Positions 19,085-27,786 of a stretch of 64,000 nt of DNA are shown piece after piece. This DNA comes from Candidatus Multivoradales bacterium (GTDB taxonomy: Bacteria; Acidobacteriota; Thermoanaerobaculia; Multivoradales; J023), in NCBI GenBank assembly GCA_965248925.1, contig CBDFLE010000006.1, positions 2,842,319-2,906,318 on the forward strand. Direction: 5' to 3'. The position numbers and the translations under genes are program-made. The stretch's first letter is position 1. Every line of letters starts with the position of its first letter. The notes beneath the pieces were generated by a model that was not told the origin of the DNA, made no database searches, and saw only the letters and a list, made by a program, of their open reading frames with translations.

Positions 19085-19930
19085 TCAGAGGAAATGCCGC
19101 AGGCAGCGGGCGACGGTGGCTTTCATCTCGCCGCGGCTGACCACCATGTCGAGAAAGCCCTTGTCGAGCAGGAACTCACTGCGCTGGAAACCATCCGGCA
19201 AGCTCTCGCGGATGGTCTGCTCGATCACCCGGGGTCCGGCGAAGCCGATCAAGGCGCCGGGTTCGGCGATGTTGATGTCGCCCAGCATCGAGAACGAAGC
19301 GGTCACGCCACCGGTGGTGGGGTCGGTGAGGATCGAGATGTAAGGCAGGCCGCGCTCGCGCAGCTGAGCTAGGGCAGCGGAGATCTTGGCCATCTGCATC
19401 AGCGACAGAACACCCTCTTGCATGCGCGCCCCGCCGGAGGCAGAAACCACGATCAAGGGCACCTGGCGGCGGGTGGCTTCTTCCACCGCGCGGGTGATCT
19501 TCTCACCGACTACCGATCCCATCGAGCCGCCCATGAAGCGGTAGTCCATCACCGCCAGCACCACCTCGATGCCTTCGAGGGCTCCGGTCAGCACCATCAC
19601 CGCGTCACCCGCGCCGGTCTTCTTGCGGTAGGTCTCCAGGCGGTCCTTGTAGGGCTGCGTGTCGGTGAAGTTCAGCGGGTCGATGGCGGTGATGTTGTCG
19701 AACAGCTCCTGGCCGCTGCCCTCGTCGAGCAGCAGCTCGATTCGCTCGTGCGGTCCTATACGGAAGTGATAGCCGCACTTTGGGCAGATTCTGCGACTGC
19801 GGCGCAGTTCCTTGGAGTAGACGATCTCCTTGCAGGAGACGCACTTGACCCACAGGCCTTCCGGCACGGTGCTGCGCGGCCGATCTCCGCGGACCGGCTT
19901 GGGTTTCTTGGCTTTCTTGAACCAGGCCAC
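19085..19930 (-). CDS. accD: Acetyl-CoA carboxylase carboxyltransferase subunit beta
   Basis: N-terminal zinc ribbon reads CVSCKEIVYSKELRRSRRICPKCGYHF. The carboxyltransferase domain follows (MGGSMGSVVGEKITRAVEEA...VVSASGGARMQEG). GTG start. Confidence 0.9.
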   Translation of the reverse strand: MAWFKKAKKPKPVRGDRPRSTVPEGLWVKCVSCKEIVYSKELRRSRRICPKCGYHFRIGPHERIELLLDEGSGQELFDNITAIDPLNFTDTQPYKDRLETYRKKTGAGDAVMVLTGALEGIEVVLAVMDYRFMGGSMGSVVGEKITRAVEEATRRQVPLIVVSASGGARMQEGVLSLMQMAKISAALAQLRERGLPYISILTDPTTGGVTASFSMLGDINIAEPGALIGFAGPRVIEQTIRESLPDGFQRSEFLLDKGFLDMVVSRGEMKATVARCLRHFL

Positions 19931-20035
19931 GGCTGAAATCTCGGCCAGCAGGCAGCAGTCTGCTCTACTGCCAGTCTACAAGGCGGAAGAACTCAGCTCA
20001 GGCCACCGCAGGTGGCGGCCGGAGCGCTGAGTCTC

Positions 20036-20272
20036 TTAGACGTCGTCGTCGCCCTCGGCTTCTTCGAGTTCGTTGGGCACGTTAAGTCGCAAACAAGCCG
20101 CGTCGTACATTTGCCGGGCGGCCTTCTTGCTGGTTTGTAACTCAGCTAGCCGGTCCTTGACCTTGGCTAGCTCTGCCTCGATCTGCTGATCGAGTTCAAG
20201 GATGTCTTCTTTTGTTCTGGTGAGAGTGCTCTCGTAGAACGTTCTTTGGTCGTCGGTCAGGCTCATGGCCAT
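20036..20272 (-). CDS. Hypothetical small acidic coiled-coil protein (78 aa)
   Basis: An ATG-initiated ORF downstream of, and on the same strand as, the Ser/Thr kinase gene. It has heptad-like periodicity (ILELDQQIEAELAKVKDRLAELQ) and an acidic tail. No homology was recognised. Confidence 0.35.
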   Translation of the reverse strand: MAMSLTDDQRTFYESTLTRTKEDILELDQQIEAELAKVKDRLAELQTSKKAARQMYDAACLRLNVPNELEEAEGDDDV

Positions 20273-20424
20273 CCTCCATGAAAACTTCGCTCTCGGGCGC
20301 TAGTTCGCAGATATTCGGCCCCAAGCCCCCGCGAAGGGTCTGTCGGGCAAAGGTTGGGTGAGAATACTCGGCTTCGTCGAAGCTGACAAGCGACAGGTCG
20401 TCGGTACTTCGGCCGGTAGCCGAC

Positions 20425-22734
20425 TCAACTGCCGCCAGCACCACCCTGAGATCCATCCGTCGAAGCTTCGTCGTGGGCTGATGTCTCGCTTTGGCGGGCC
20501 GCTTCGAGTTCTTGCTGCAGTCGACGACGCTCGCTTTCGAAACTTCGCTGGAGTTCGTCGGCTCGTCGTTTGAGTTCGTCGTCGACCTGCTTTTCGACCG
20601 GCTCCGGTTGCTCTTCCACCGTGGCGGCGGTGCTGGGTGAGGCCTCCGCCGGCAGGTCGGCAGCGTCTGGAGCAGACAGTGGTTGCGGCTGGGGAGCCCG
20701 GCTCTGCTCGTTGTCCACGGCCGGTGGTGGGACGGGTCGATTGGGGTGGCTCCTCCACCAGGCGAAGGCAGCCACCGCCACCGCCACCGCCAGCAGGGCG
20801 GCAATCCACCAGCCGAAGGCTCGACGACGAGGCTGCCGAGGGGGAGTTTCCGCCGCCGTGGTCAGCGGCAGGTCGAGATCTGCTGCAGTGGGCGCTGCGG
20901 GTGCGGGGGGCAACTCTGGGGCAGGCTCGAAGACCACCTCCCTGGCTGCGTCATGTCCTGCTTTCGAGTTCTCGCCAGCAGGGTCAACGGGCACTGCCGC
21001 CACCGCCGGTGATTCTGGCGCGGCGGGTTCGGTCGATTCAAAGGCGTCCGAATCTCTTCCAAAGAGGCTGTTGACATAGCGTGTCAAGTCCCCCTGCCCG
21101 GCGGCCAGCTGTAAGTTGCTGCGGGTGGTTTCTAACTCGGCGGCCAGCTCCCCCGCCGAGCCGTGGCGTCGACCTGGGTCTTTGGCTAACGCCCGGCTCA
21201 CAACCTGTTCGATCTCCTCTGCCAACTCCGGCGCCAAGTCACGGGGTGCTGAGTGGCGGCATTCACGCACTGCATCGAGCACCGCCATCTCGCTGTCGGC
21301 GGTGAATAGTTTGTGGCCGGTGAGCATCTCGAACAGCACCGAGCCGAGAGAGAACAAATCTGAGCTGGCGTCCACCGGTTGTCCCGAGGCTTGCTCTGGG
21401 GACATGTACTGGAGCTTTCCCTTGAGTGCTCCCATCTGCGTGGTGCTGGCCTTGACCACAGCTTTGACGATGCCGAAATCGCACAGCTTGATGTCGCCGT
21501 CCCAGCTGATTAGCACGTTCTGCGGCGAGACATCGCGATGTACCAGGCCGAGGGGGCGATCTTCGAAATCACGCTGGCGGTGGGCATGATCGAGGGCCTG
21601 AGCCAGGCGCATACCGATCAGCAAAGCCAAGCCGGGCGGCATTTTCTGGCCGCTGTCGTCCGCCCGCCGCAGCAGGGTGCGCAAGTCTGTTCCTTCGACA
21701 TACTCCATGGCGATGAAGTAGTCCTGGTCGACTTTGCCGAGATCGTAGATCTGGATGATGTGGTTGTGGCTCAGCTGCGCCGCCAGCTTAGCTTCGTCGA
21801 TGAACATGCTGACGAAGTCCTGGTTGCTGGTCAGGTGCGACAGAATCTTCTTGATCGCCACGGTTTTCTCGAAGCCTTCGACCCCGCTGCGGCGAGCTTT
21901 CCAGACCTCGGCCATACCGCCGACTGCAATCTTCTGCAGCAGCCGATAGTCGCCAAAGCGGAGGTCGCTCTCGGCTTTTCGGGCCGCTGGGACCTCCAGG
22001 AGGGGATCGCTTGGAGCCTCTTCCAGGTGCGCTTTGGGGATCAACTGCCTGGCTGCAAGAGGCGCTGCCGGGGGCTGGATTTCGAGAGCTGAAATGGATT
22101 CCTTGAGCAACTGATCGAAGTCGTCGTCAGGGCCCGTGCCGGCGCTTTTGGCCGCAGTCTGGGGGCTTGGCGTGGCCGCAGGCGCGGCTGAGGAGGTGGT
22201 GTCGAGAAGCCCAGGGAACGTCTGTTCAAGCTTGCGGTCGAGTTCCGCCTCGAATTCCGTATCGGGCATTTCTTCAAGTTCTCGCCGGGCCGCCCCTTCG
22301 GCTTCCACCTCGGCTAGAAGATCACCGAAAATATCGGCGGATGTCAGCAACTCCCCGTCGTCCGCGGCCGCCGGGGAGGCGGTGGGAGAGTGCAGAAAAA
22401 TGCCCACCTGCTGAGCCAGGCCGGCCTCTGACAACGGTTTGGTGATCACCTGGTCGGCGGCAAAGTCGAGGGCCGAGATATGACCGGCCAAGGTCGCCGG
22501 TACCAAAACCATGGCCCCCGGGCCGCCGCCGTGGCGAGCAAAGCTGCGCAGTAGATCCTTCGCTCCGGGCAGTGAGCCGCTAGCGATCAACAAGTCTGGC
22601 GCGTGAGTGGCGATGCTGCGCAAGGCGGCTTCGCGGCTGTCGGTCAGAACCACGTCCCAGCCGTCCGGCCGTAAGGCGGAGGCAATAAGCTCGGCGCAAT
22701 GAGTATCCGGTTCAACGACCAGGATCAGTAACAT
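20425..22734 (-). CDS. Pseudo-receiver domain fused to a Ser/Thr protein kinase, with one TM helix and a C-terminal coiled-coil / low-complexity region
   Basis: ATG at 22734 has GGAGG 6 nt upstream. The N-terminal CheY-like fold (LLILVVEPD...DVVLTD...[11 protein letters not shown]...ITKPL) lacks the phosphoacceptor Asp. Hanks-type kinase motifs are present: GGMAEVWKA (G-loop), VAIKKI (VAIK), [11 protein letters not shown] (catalytic loop), DFG, and SPE. A TM segment ([19 protein letters not shown]) is followed by a Q/E/R-rich coiled coil. Confidence 0.8.
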   Translation of the reverse strand: MLLILVVEPDTHCAELIASALRPDGWDVVLTDSREAALRSIATHAPDLLIASGSLPGAKDLLRSFARHGGGPGAMVLVPATLAGHISALDFAADQVITKPLSEAGLAQQVGIFLHSPTASPAAADDGELLTSADIFGDLLAEVEAEGAARRELEEMPDTEFEAELDRKLEQTFPGLLDTTSSAAPAATPSPQTAAKSAGTGPDDDFDQLLKESISALEIQPPAAPLAARQLIPKAHLEEAPSDPLLEVPAARKAESDLRFGDYRLLQKIAVGGMAEVWKARRSGVEGFEKTVAIKKILSHLTSNQDFVSMFIDEAKLAAQLSHNHIIQIYDLGKVDQDYFIAMEYVEGTDLRTLLRRADDSGQKMPPGLALLIGMRLAQALDHAHRQRDFEDRPLGLVHRDVSPQNVLISWDGDIKLCDFGIVKAVVKASTTQMGALKGKLQYMSPEQASGQPVDASSDLFSLGSVLFEMLTGHKLFTADSEMAVLDAVRECRHSAPRDLAPELAEEIEQVVSRALAKDPGRRHGSAGELAAELETTRSNLQLAAGQGDLTRYVNSLFGRDSDAFESTEPAAPESPAVAAVPVDPAGENSKAGHDAAREVVFEPAPELPPAPAAPTAADLDLPLTTAAETPPRQPRRRAFGWWIAALLAVAVAVAAFAWWRSHPNRPVPPPAVDNEQSRAPQPQPLSAPDAADLPAEASPSTAATVEEQPEPVEKQVDDELKRRADELQRSFESERRRLQQELEAARQSETSAHDEASTDGSQGGAGGS

Positions 22735-22887
22735 CTTGGCCCTCCAGGCACGACAATGGGCGAGATCCTAGCACCGACCGCAGATCCAGTCAGCCGTCGC
22801 CTCTTCCCTCCGCCGCACGCTCCGCTAGAATGGACAGCGAAGGCGAGTCCGCGACCGTATTCAACTCAAAAACCGAGGAAGATTCGA

Positions 22888-23637
22888 ATGTCTGGTCATA
22901 GTAAGTGGAGCACGATCAAGCGTAAGAAAGGGGCGATTGACGCCAAGCGTGGCAAGGTCTTCACCCGCATCCTGCGCGAGGTGACGGTTGCCGCCAAACT
23001 CGGCGGCGGTGACCCCAGCGCCAATCCCCGTCTGCGGTCCGCGGTGCAAGATGCCAAAGCCAACAATCTGCCCAAGGACAAGTTGGAACGGGCGATCAAG
23101 AAAGGCACCGGCGAACTCGAAGGGGAAACCTACGAGGAAATCACCTACGAAGGCTATGGTCCAGGAGGAGTCGCCGTTCTGGTGCAGACCATGACCGACA
23201 ACAAGAATCGGACCGTCGGCGAGGTTCGCCACCTGTTTGGCCGGCATGGTGGCAACCTGGGAGAGAACGGCTGTGTCAGCTGGAAGTTCGACCAGCGAGG
23301 CTATCTTGCCATCGATCCCGGTGAGATGGACGAAGACGCCTTCATGGAACTCGCTCTGGAACTCGGCGCTGAGGACATCGCCACTGAGAAGGGTGCCTAC
23401 GAGATCTTCACCGCCCCTGCCGACTACAACGGCATCAAAGAGGCTCTAGAAGAGCGCGAAATCACCGTCGCCTTGGCCGAATTGGCAATGATTCCGCAGA
23501 CCACCATGGAGCTGGATCAGAAAGCTCTTGGCAAAGTCCTGCGGCTGCTCGAAGCTCTTGAGGACCAAGACGATGTTCAGCACGTCTGGGCTGATTTCGA
23601 CGCCGATGAGAGCGCTCTGGAAAGCGCCGCGAGTTGA
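22888..23637 (+). CDS. yebC: YebC/PmpR-family probable transcriptional regulator
   Basis: Canonical N-terminus reads [32 protein letters not shown], with the conserved [13 protein letters not shown] block. ATG at 22888 is preceded by GAGGAAG. The yebC-ruvC gene order is conserved. Confidence 0.9.
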   Translation: MSGHSKWSTIKRKKGAIDAKRGKVFTRILREVTVAAKLGGGDPSANPRLRSAVQDAKANNLPKDKLERAIKKGTGELEGETYEEITYEGYGPGGVAVLVQTMTDNKNRTVGEVRHLFGRHGGNLGENGCVSWKFDQRGYLAIDPGEMDEDAFMELALELGAEDIATEKGAYEIFTAPADYNGIKEALEEREITVALAELAMIPQTTMELDQKALGKVLRLLEALEDQDDVQHVWADFDADESALESAAS

Positions 23638-23651
23638 ACCGGCGCTCCGCG

Positions 23652-24167
23652 ATGCGAATCCTCGGCATCGATCCAGGCAGCCTGCACACCGGCTATGGTG
23701 TGGTTGATCGGCAAGGCTCAAAGCTGCAAACCGTGGCGCATGGCAGGATCTCTTGCTCCCGTGGCCAGCCGCTGGCCGAGCGCCTGTGCCGCCTCAGCCG
23801 CCAGCTCGACCAGTTGCTCACCCAGCACCAGCCAGACGCCGTCGTTCTGGAGGCCCTCTTCCATGGCGTCAATCCGCGTTCGCTGATCGTTCTGGCGCAG
23901 GCCAGAGGAGCCCTGCTGGTTACCCTGGCGCTTGCTGGACTGGAAGTCACCGAATACTCGCCGGCAGAGATCAAGATGGCCGTGACCGGCAACGGTCGGG
24001 CCGACAAGGGGCAAGTGGAGCAGATGGTGAAGCTGGTGCTGGGACTGGGCACTAGCCAGCTGGCGCCAGACGCCAGCGATGCTTTGGCGGCGGCCATCTG
24101 TTTCGCTCAGCGATTTCGAGTGGATCGCTTGCAGCGCCGGGTGGGAAGGCCGAGCACCCAGCCATAA
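23652..24167 (+). CDS. ruvC: Crossover junction endodeoxyribonuclease RuvC
   Basis: MRILGIDPGSLHTGYGVV contains the catalytic Asp. The family C-terminal motif region reads DASDALAAAICFA. 171 aa. Confidence 0.9.
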   Translation: MRILGIDPGSLHTGYGVVDRQGSKLQTVAHGRISCSRGQPLAERLCRLSRQLDQLLTQHQPDAVVLEALFHGVNPRSLIVLAQARGALLVTLALAGLEVTEYSPAEIKMAVTGNGRADKGQVEQMVKLVLGLGTSQLAPDASDALAAAICFAQRFRVDRLQRRVGRPSTQP

Positions 24168-24206
24168 ACACTGCAATCAAACAACTTGTGATCCACGAGG
24201 AGATTC

Positions 24207-24236
24207 TTGACCGGTCATTTTCGCCTATGCTAAGCT
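24207..24236 (+). promoter_or_regulatory. Candidate sigma-70-like promoter for the exbB-like operon
   Basis: TTGACC (about 24207-24212), then an 18-nt spacer, then TAAGCT (about 24231-24236). It lies about 185 nt upstream of the exbB start codon, so it would give a long leader containing the tandem hairpins. Pattern match only. Confidence 0.3.
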
Positions 24237-24271
24237 GCGGGAAGTTTAAGGCAAGAGAAGCTCCAAGAGAA

Positions 24272-24358
24272 ACTGGGAACAGGACCCGCGTCACGCGGGT
24301 CTAAGTAGCTCAGACACTGGGAACGAGACCCGCGCCACGCGGGGCTAACTGGCTCAGA
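24272..24358 (+). repeat. Two tandem ~43-nt direct repeats, each containing a GC-rich hairpin, in the 5' leader of the exbB-like gene
   Basis: Unit 1 reads ACTGGGAACAGGACCCGCGTCACGCGGGTCTAAGTAGCTCAGA and unit 2 reads CACTGGGAACGAGACCCGCGCCACGCGGGGCTAACTGGCTCAGA. Each centres on an 8-bp stem (GACCCGCG/CGCGGGTC) with a 3-nt loop. A GGAGGAAGAAGG purine tract follows. Confidence 0.7.
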
Positions 24359-24391
24359 GGAGGAAGAAGGTTGGAAATTGGCGGAACATTG

Positions 24392-25051
24392 ATGGGTTAC
24401 GTGAAGCAAGGAGGCTTGTTCATGTGGCCTCTACTGATTTTCTCCGTCGTCGCCCTGGCGGTAATCTTCGAGCGCTGGTTTGCTCTGCGCAAGGCAAACA
24501 TTAACGTCAACGAGTTTCTGGGCAAGATCCGGAAGTCGTTGGTGGTCAATAAGTCTGTGCGGGACGCCATCAAGGTCTGCGAGCAGTATCGCGGACCGGT
24601 TGCCTCGATCATGAAGGCCGGCCTTCTCAAGTACGGCCAGCCCAGGGAAGACATCGAGAAAAGCATCGAAAATGCCGCACTGTACGAGATGAGTCGTCTC
24701 GAGCGAGGCTTGGTGGTCCTGGCGACCATTGCCAACGTCGCGCCGTTGATCGGCTTCCTCGGCACGGTGACAGGCATGATCCGTTCCTTCGACGCTCTGT
24801 CGCAGGCGGGTCTGACGAATCCGGGTTTGGTGGCCGAGGGTATCTCCGAGGCCCTCATTACTACGGCTGCCGGTCTCATCGTGGCTGTTCCCACCCAGAT
24901 CGCCTACAACTACTTCATGGCCAACATCAACAAGAAGGTGCGGGATATCGAAACCTCCACCAACATGTTGTTGGAGACCTTTGGTGAGATGGAGCGTGAC
25001 GGGATTGCGGCTGACACGGCTGCCGGCGGAAGCGCCGCGGCTAGAAAGTAA
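24392..25051 (+). CDS. exbB: MotA/TolQ/ExbB-family proton channel protein
   Basis: QGGLFMWPLLIFSVVALAVIFER is the typical ExbB N-terminus (GG..MWP motif plus the first TM). The family core is conserved (LATIANVAPLIGFLGTVTGMIRSF...ALITTAAGLIVAVP). Start is ambiguous: ATG at 24392 keeps the conserved GG motif, while ATG at 24422 has the better RBS (AAGGAGG at 7 nt). Confidence 0.8.
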   Translation: MGYVKQGGLFMWPLLIFSVVALAVIFERWFALRKANINVNEFLGKIRKSLVVNKSVRDAIKVCEQYRGPVASIMKAGLLKYGQPREDIEKSIENAALYEMSRLERGLVVLATIANVAPLIGFLGTVTGMIRSFDALSQAGLTNPGLVAEGISEALITTAAGLIVAVPTQIAYNYFMANINKKVRDIETSTNMLLETFGEMERDGIAADTAAGGSAAARK

Positions 25052-25072
25052 CGGACCACGGGGCAAGGCGAC

Positions 25073-25501
25073 ATGCGTCTAAGAGCACGACACCAGCAAG
25101 GGGCAGTGGTCCCGACATCTTCGATGGCCGACATCGCTTTTCTTCTGATCGTCTTCTTCATGGTGACGATCACCTTCGAAAAGGATAAGACCCAGGTATC
25201 GCTGCCACGCACCGACCTGCGGTATGAAATCCCCAAGGAGGCCGCCTACATCTCGGTGACTGCGAATCGCCAGATCCGAGTGACCGACGGCGAAGAGATG
25301 AGTATTGCGGTTGATCTCGCGGATGTCGTATCGTTCGCTGCCAATCTGGTGTCGCGCTTCCCCGACCGTCCGGTAGTGCTCAAGGCTGATGCCGACGTGC
25401 CCTACGAGCAAGTCGACAAAATCATAGACTCGCTGAAGCAGGCCAAGGTCGAGCTGATCTACTTGCTTTCCGAGCAGAAAACGGTCGACAACCCAGGCTG
25501 A
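25073..25501 (+). CDS. exbD: ExbD/TolR-family biopolymer transport protein (first paralogue)
   Basis: SSMADIAFLLIVFFMVTITF is the ExbD N-terminal TM signature. Followed by a periplasmic domain. 142 aa. Confidence 0.8.
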   Translation: MRLRARHQQGAVVPTSSMADIAFLLIVFFMVTITFEKDKTQVSLPRTDLRYEIPKEAAYISVTANRQIRVTDGEEMSIAVDLADVVSFAANLVSRFPDRPVVLKADADVPYEQVDKIIDSLKQAKVELIYLLSEQKTVDNPG

Positions 25502-25514
25502 GGAAGAGGCACGG

Positions 25515-26033
25515 ATGAAACTGAAGAAAGAAAGCCCCGATGCCGAAATCCCGGCCTCCTCGATGGCGGACATCGCCTTCTTGCTGATCGTCTATTTCAT
25601 GGTCACCACCACCTTCGCGGCAACTCGCGGTCTCGACTTCGCGCTGCCGAAGGACGACGACACACCGCCGATTATCGAGAAGGAAGATTCGGTCTTGGTC
25701 GAGATCGACAGCAACGGTCAGTTGATAGTTGACCAGAAGCCCATGGAGCTCAAGGAGATCCTCGGCTACCTGGCCCCCAAGCTGGAGACGAATCCGAAAA
25801 AACCGGTGATCATCAGGCCCGAAAGCAACGCGCCCTACGGCAAGATGGTGCAGGTCTTCGACAAACTCAGGCAAGGAAAGGTGATCGATTCCAAAGAAGA
25901 AGAAGGGGTCAAGAAGCTGGTTTGGTTAGACGAGCAGGTGCACCCCGGAGTGACCAAGGAACTGCTAGAGGAAGGGAAAGACATCAATGTCACGATTCCC
26001 ACTCAGCGTGAGATAGACGCATTCTGGTTCTGA
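25515..26033 (+). CDS. exbD: ExbD/TolR-family biopolymer transport protein (second paralogue) with a ~30-aa C-terminal extension
   Basis: SSMADIAFLLIVYFMVTTTF. ATG at 25515 is preceded by GAGGAAGAGG. 172 aa. Forms a tandem paralogue pair with the upstream exbD. Confidence 0.8.
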   Translation: MKLKKESPDAEIPASSMADIAFLLIVYFMVTTTFAATRGLDFALPKDDDTPPIIEKEDSVLVEIDSNGQLIVDQKPMELKEILGYLAPKLETNPKKPVIIRPESNAPYGKMVQVFDKLRQGKVIDSKEEEGVKKLVWLDEQVHPGVTKELLEEGKDINVTIPTQREIDAFWF

Positions 26034-26124
26034 CGCCGCACGAGTTAGGCGCTGTCTGATTCTGATGTTGCTTCGCTTAAGTACTGCCCGCTGCTGCTAC
26101 TCTGCTACCTGGAGATGATCGCAA

Positions 26125-26835
26125 ATGGCTGATAAGACATCCCCCAGCTCTTCGCTCAAGGACGATCTCGAGCAGGGTGAGTTCGTTACCTTCGCTCACG
26201 AAGAAGAAGAGGACACCAAGAATCGCAAGGTGTTTTATGCCGTAGCGATTATCTTCCACTTTGCTTTTCTCATCTGGAATTTCCCCGAATTCAACTCCGC
26301 GGCTGAGGTCGTAGCTGACAAGAAGAAAGTCTACGTGGTCCAGCAGGTGCGCTTTCAGCCGCCACCGCCGAAGCAAAAGCAGGAGATTCCGAAGCAGAAG
26401 TCGAAGAAAGTGCCGATCCCTGACCCGACTCCGGACGAGCCCGAGCCGATTCGCCTGGACGAGCCCGAGCCAGAACTCGATCTGCCGCAGCTCGACGACA
26501 TAGTCTTTGGAATTCCCGATGCGCCGCCGATAGCCGAGCCCGAAGGGCCGATCCACGTCGGTGGTGATGTCAGAGCGCCGGACAAGCTCGAATCCCCGCA
26601 GCCGCAGTACACGGAGATCGCCCGCAAAGCACGCATCCAAGGGGTAGTGATCGTTCAGGCGATCATCGACAAGCAGGGCGAGGTCACCAACGTCAAGGTT
26701 CTCAAGGGCCTGCCGATGGGCCTCTCTGAGGAAGCGGTCAAGGCGATCAAGCGCTGGAAATTCAAGCCGGCTACGCTCAACGGCAAGCCCGTCGACGTCT
26801 ACTACAACCTGACGGTGAACTTCCGTCTGCAGTAG
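26125..26835 (+). CDS. TonB-family energy transducer (TonB C-terminal domain protein)
   Basis: Has an N-terminal TM ([16 protein letters not shown]) and a Pro/Glu/Lys-rich periplasmic linker ([30 protein letters not shown]). The TonB_C domain reads [62 protein letters not shown]. Confidence 0.75.
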   Translation: MADKTSPSSSLKDDLEQGEFVTFAHEEEEDTKNRKVFYAVAIIFHFAFLIWNFPEFNSAAEVVADKKKVYVVQQVRFQPPPPKQKQEIPKQKSKKVPIPDPTPDEPEPIRLDEPEPELDLPQLDDIVFGIPDAPPIAEPEGPIHVGGDVRAPDKLESPQPQYTEIARKARIQGVVIVQAIIDKQGEVTNVKVLKGLPMGLSEEAVKAIKRWKFKPATLNGKPVDVYYNLTVNFRLQ

Positions 26836-26876
26836 ACGACTCAATAAAGACGCTTGAGACTCCAAGAGCAGAACCG

Positions 26877-27698
26877 ATGGCCTTTCAAGGGTCGCTGAAA
26901 GAGCTCCCGCTGCCGGACATCATCCAACTGGTGTCGGTTTCCGGTAAGACGGGGGTTTTCGCGCTAGAGACTGGAGACCAGACGGGAGAGATTTATCTCG
27001 TCGACGGAGCCATCGTAGATGCCCGAGTGGGGGATGTGCGGGGGGAAGAAGCGATCTACGAACTAGCCATCTGGCAAGAAGGCGAGTTCCTCTTCAATCC
27101 CGGAATTAAGGCCGAAGAGCGTACGGTCAGCAAGACCAACACCAACCTCTTGATGGAGGCGGCCCGCCGCATCGATGAGTGGCAGGTGCTGTCGAAGCGC
27201 ATCCCGTCGACGCGGGTCGTACCGGTGTTTACCAGTCAGGGTTCAACAAGCTCGGTTTCCTTTACTCCTCGTGAGTGGTCGGTGATTTGCAAGATTGATG
27301 AACGGCGGACCATTGAACAGCTAGCGGTTGTGCTCGGCATGAGCGCTTTTGATGTCTGCAAGTTGCTCTACGGATTGGTCACTGCAGGACTGGTAGAACT
27401 GCAAGAAAGCAGCAGCGGAGTGCCAGCAGAGCGTCTCGAGAGCTTGGCGACAGCCGAATTGGTTGATGTTGCCGGCAAGATCTATGAGCAGGCTAAAACC
27501 CTTTTGGCCGCCAACCCGGAGAAGCTGCCAGAGATCGAGGCGGCTTCGCGTCGCACTCAAACAGAAATGGAATCCGGGCGTGGCGCTCAGGCGGTTCTTG
27601 ACCTGATCAATTCGCTCGAGAAAGTGGTTTCGGCCGCGCTGGGGCCCAATCAATCCCAGCTATTCGTCGATCGAGTCAATCAACTGCTGAGCGGTTGA
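26877..27698 (+). CDS. DUF4388 (PATAN-type) domain protein
   Basis: The N-terminal ~100 aa match the DUF4388 pattern closely: GSLKELPLPDIIQLVSVSGKTGVFALETGDQTGEIYLVDGAIVDARVGDVRGEEAIYELAIWQEGEFLFNPG. The remainder is predicted helical. It sits immediately downstream of the tonB-like gene on the same strand. Confidence 0.7.
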   Translation: MAFQGSLKELPLPDIIQLVSVSGKTGVFALETGDQTGEIYLVDGAIVDARVGDVRGEEAIYELAIWQEGEFLFNPGIKAEERTVSKTNTNLLMEAARRIDEWQVLSKRIPSTRVVPVFTSQGSTSSVSFTPREWSVICKIDERRTIEQLAVVLGMSAFDVCKLLYGLVTAGLVELQESSSGVPAERLESLATAELVDVAGKIYEQAKTLLAANPEKLPEIEAASRRTQTEMESGRGAQAVLDLINSLEKVVSAALGPNQSQLFVDRVNQLLSG

Positions 27699-27786
27699 GG
27701 CTCCGCGGGCTCTCCCCTTTCCCTAACCCCGCCAATCGGGTTCTGGGCCACGGACTTCAGCGAGCTGCGTCGAAAGGAGTTAAGAA

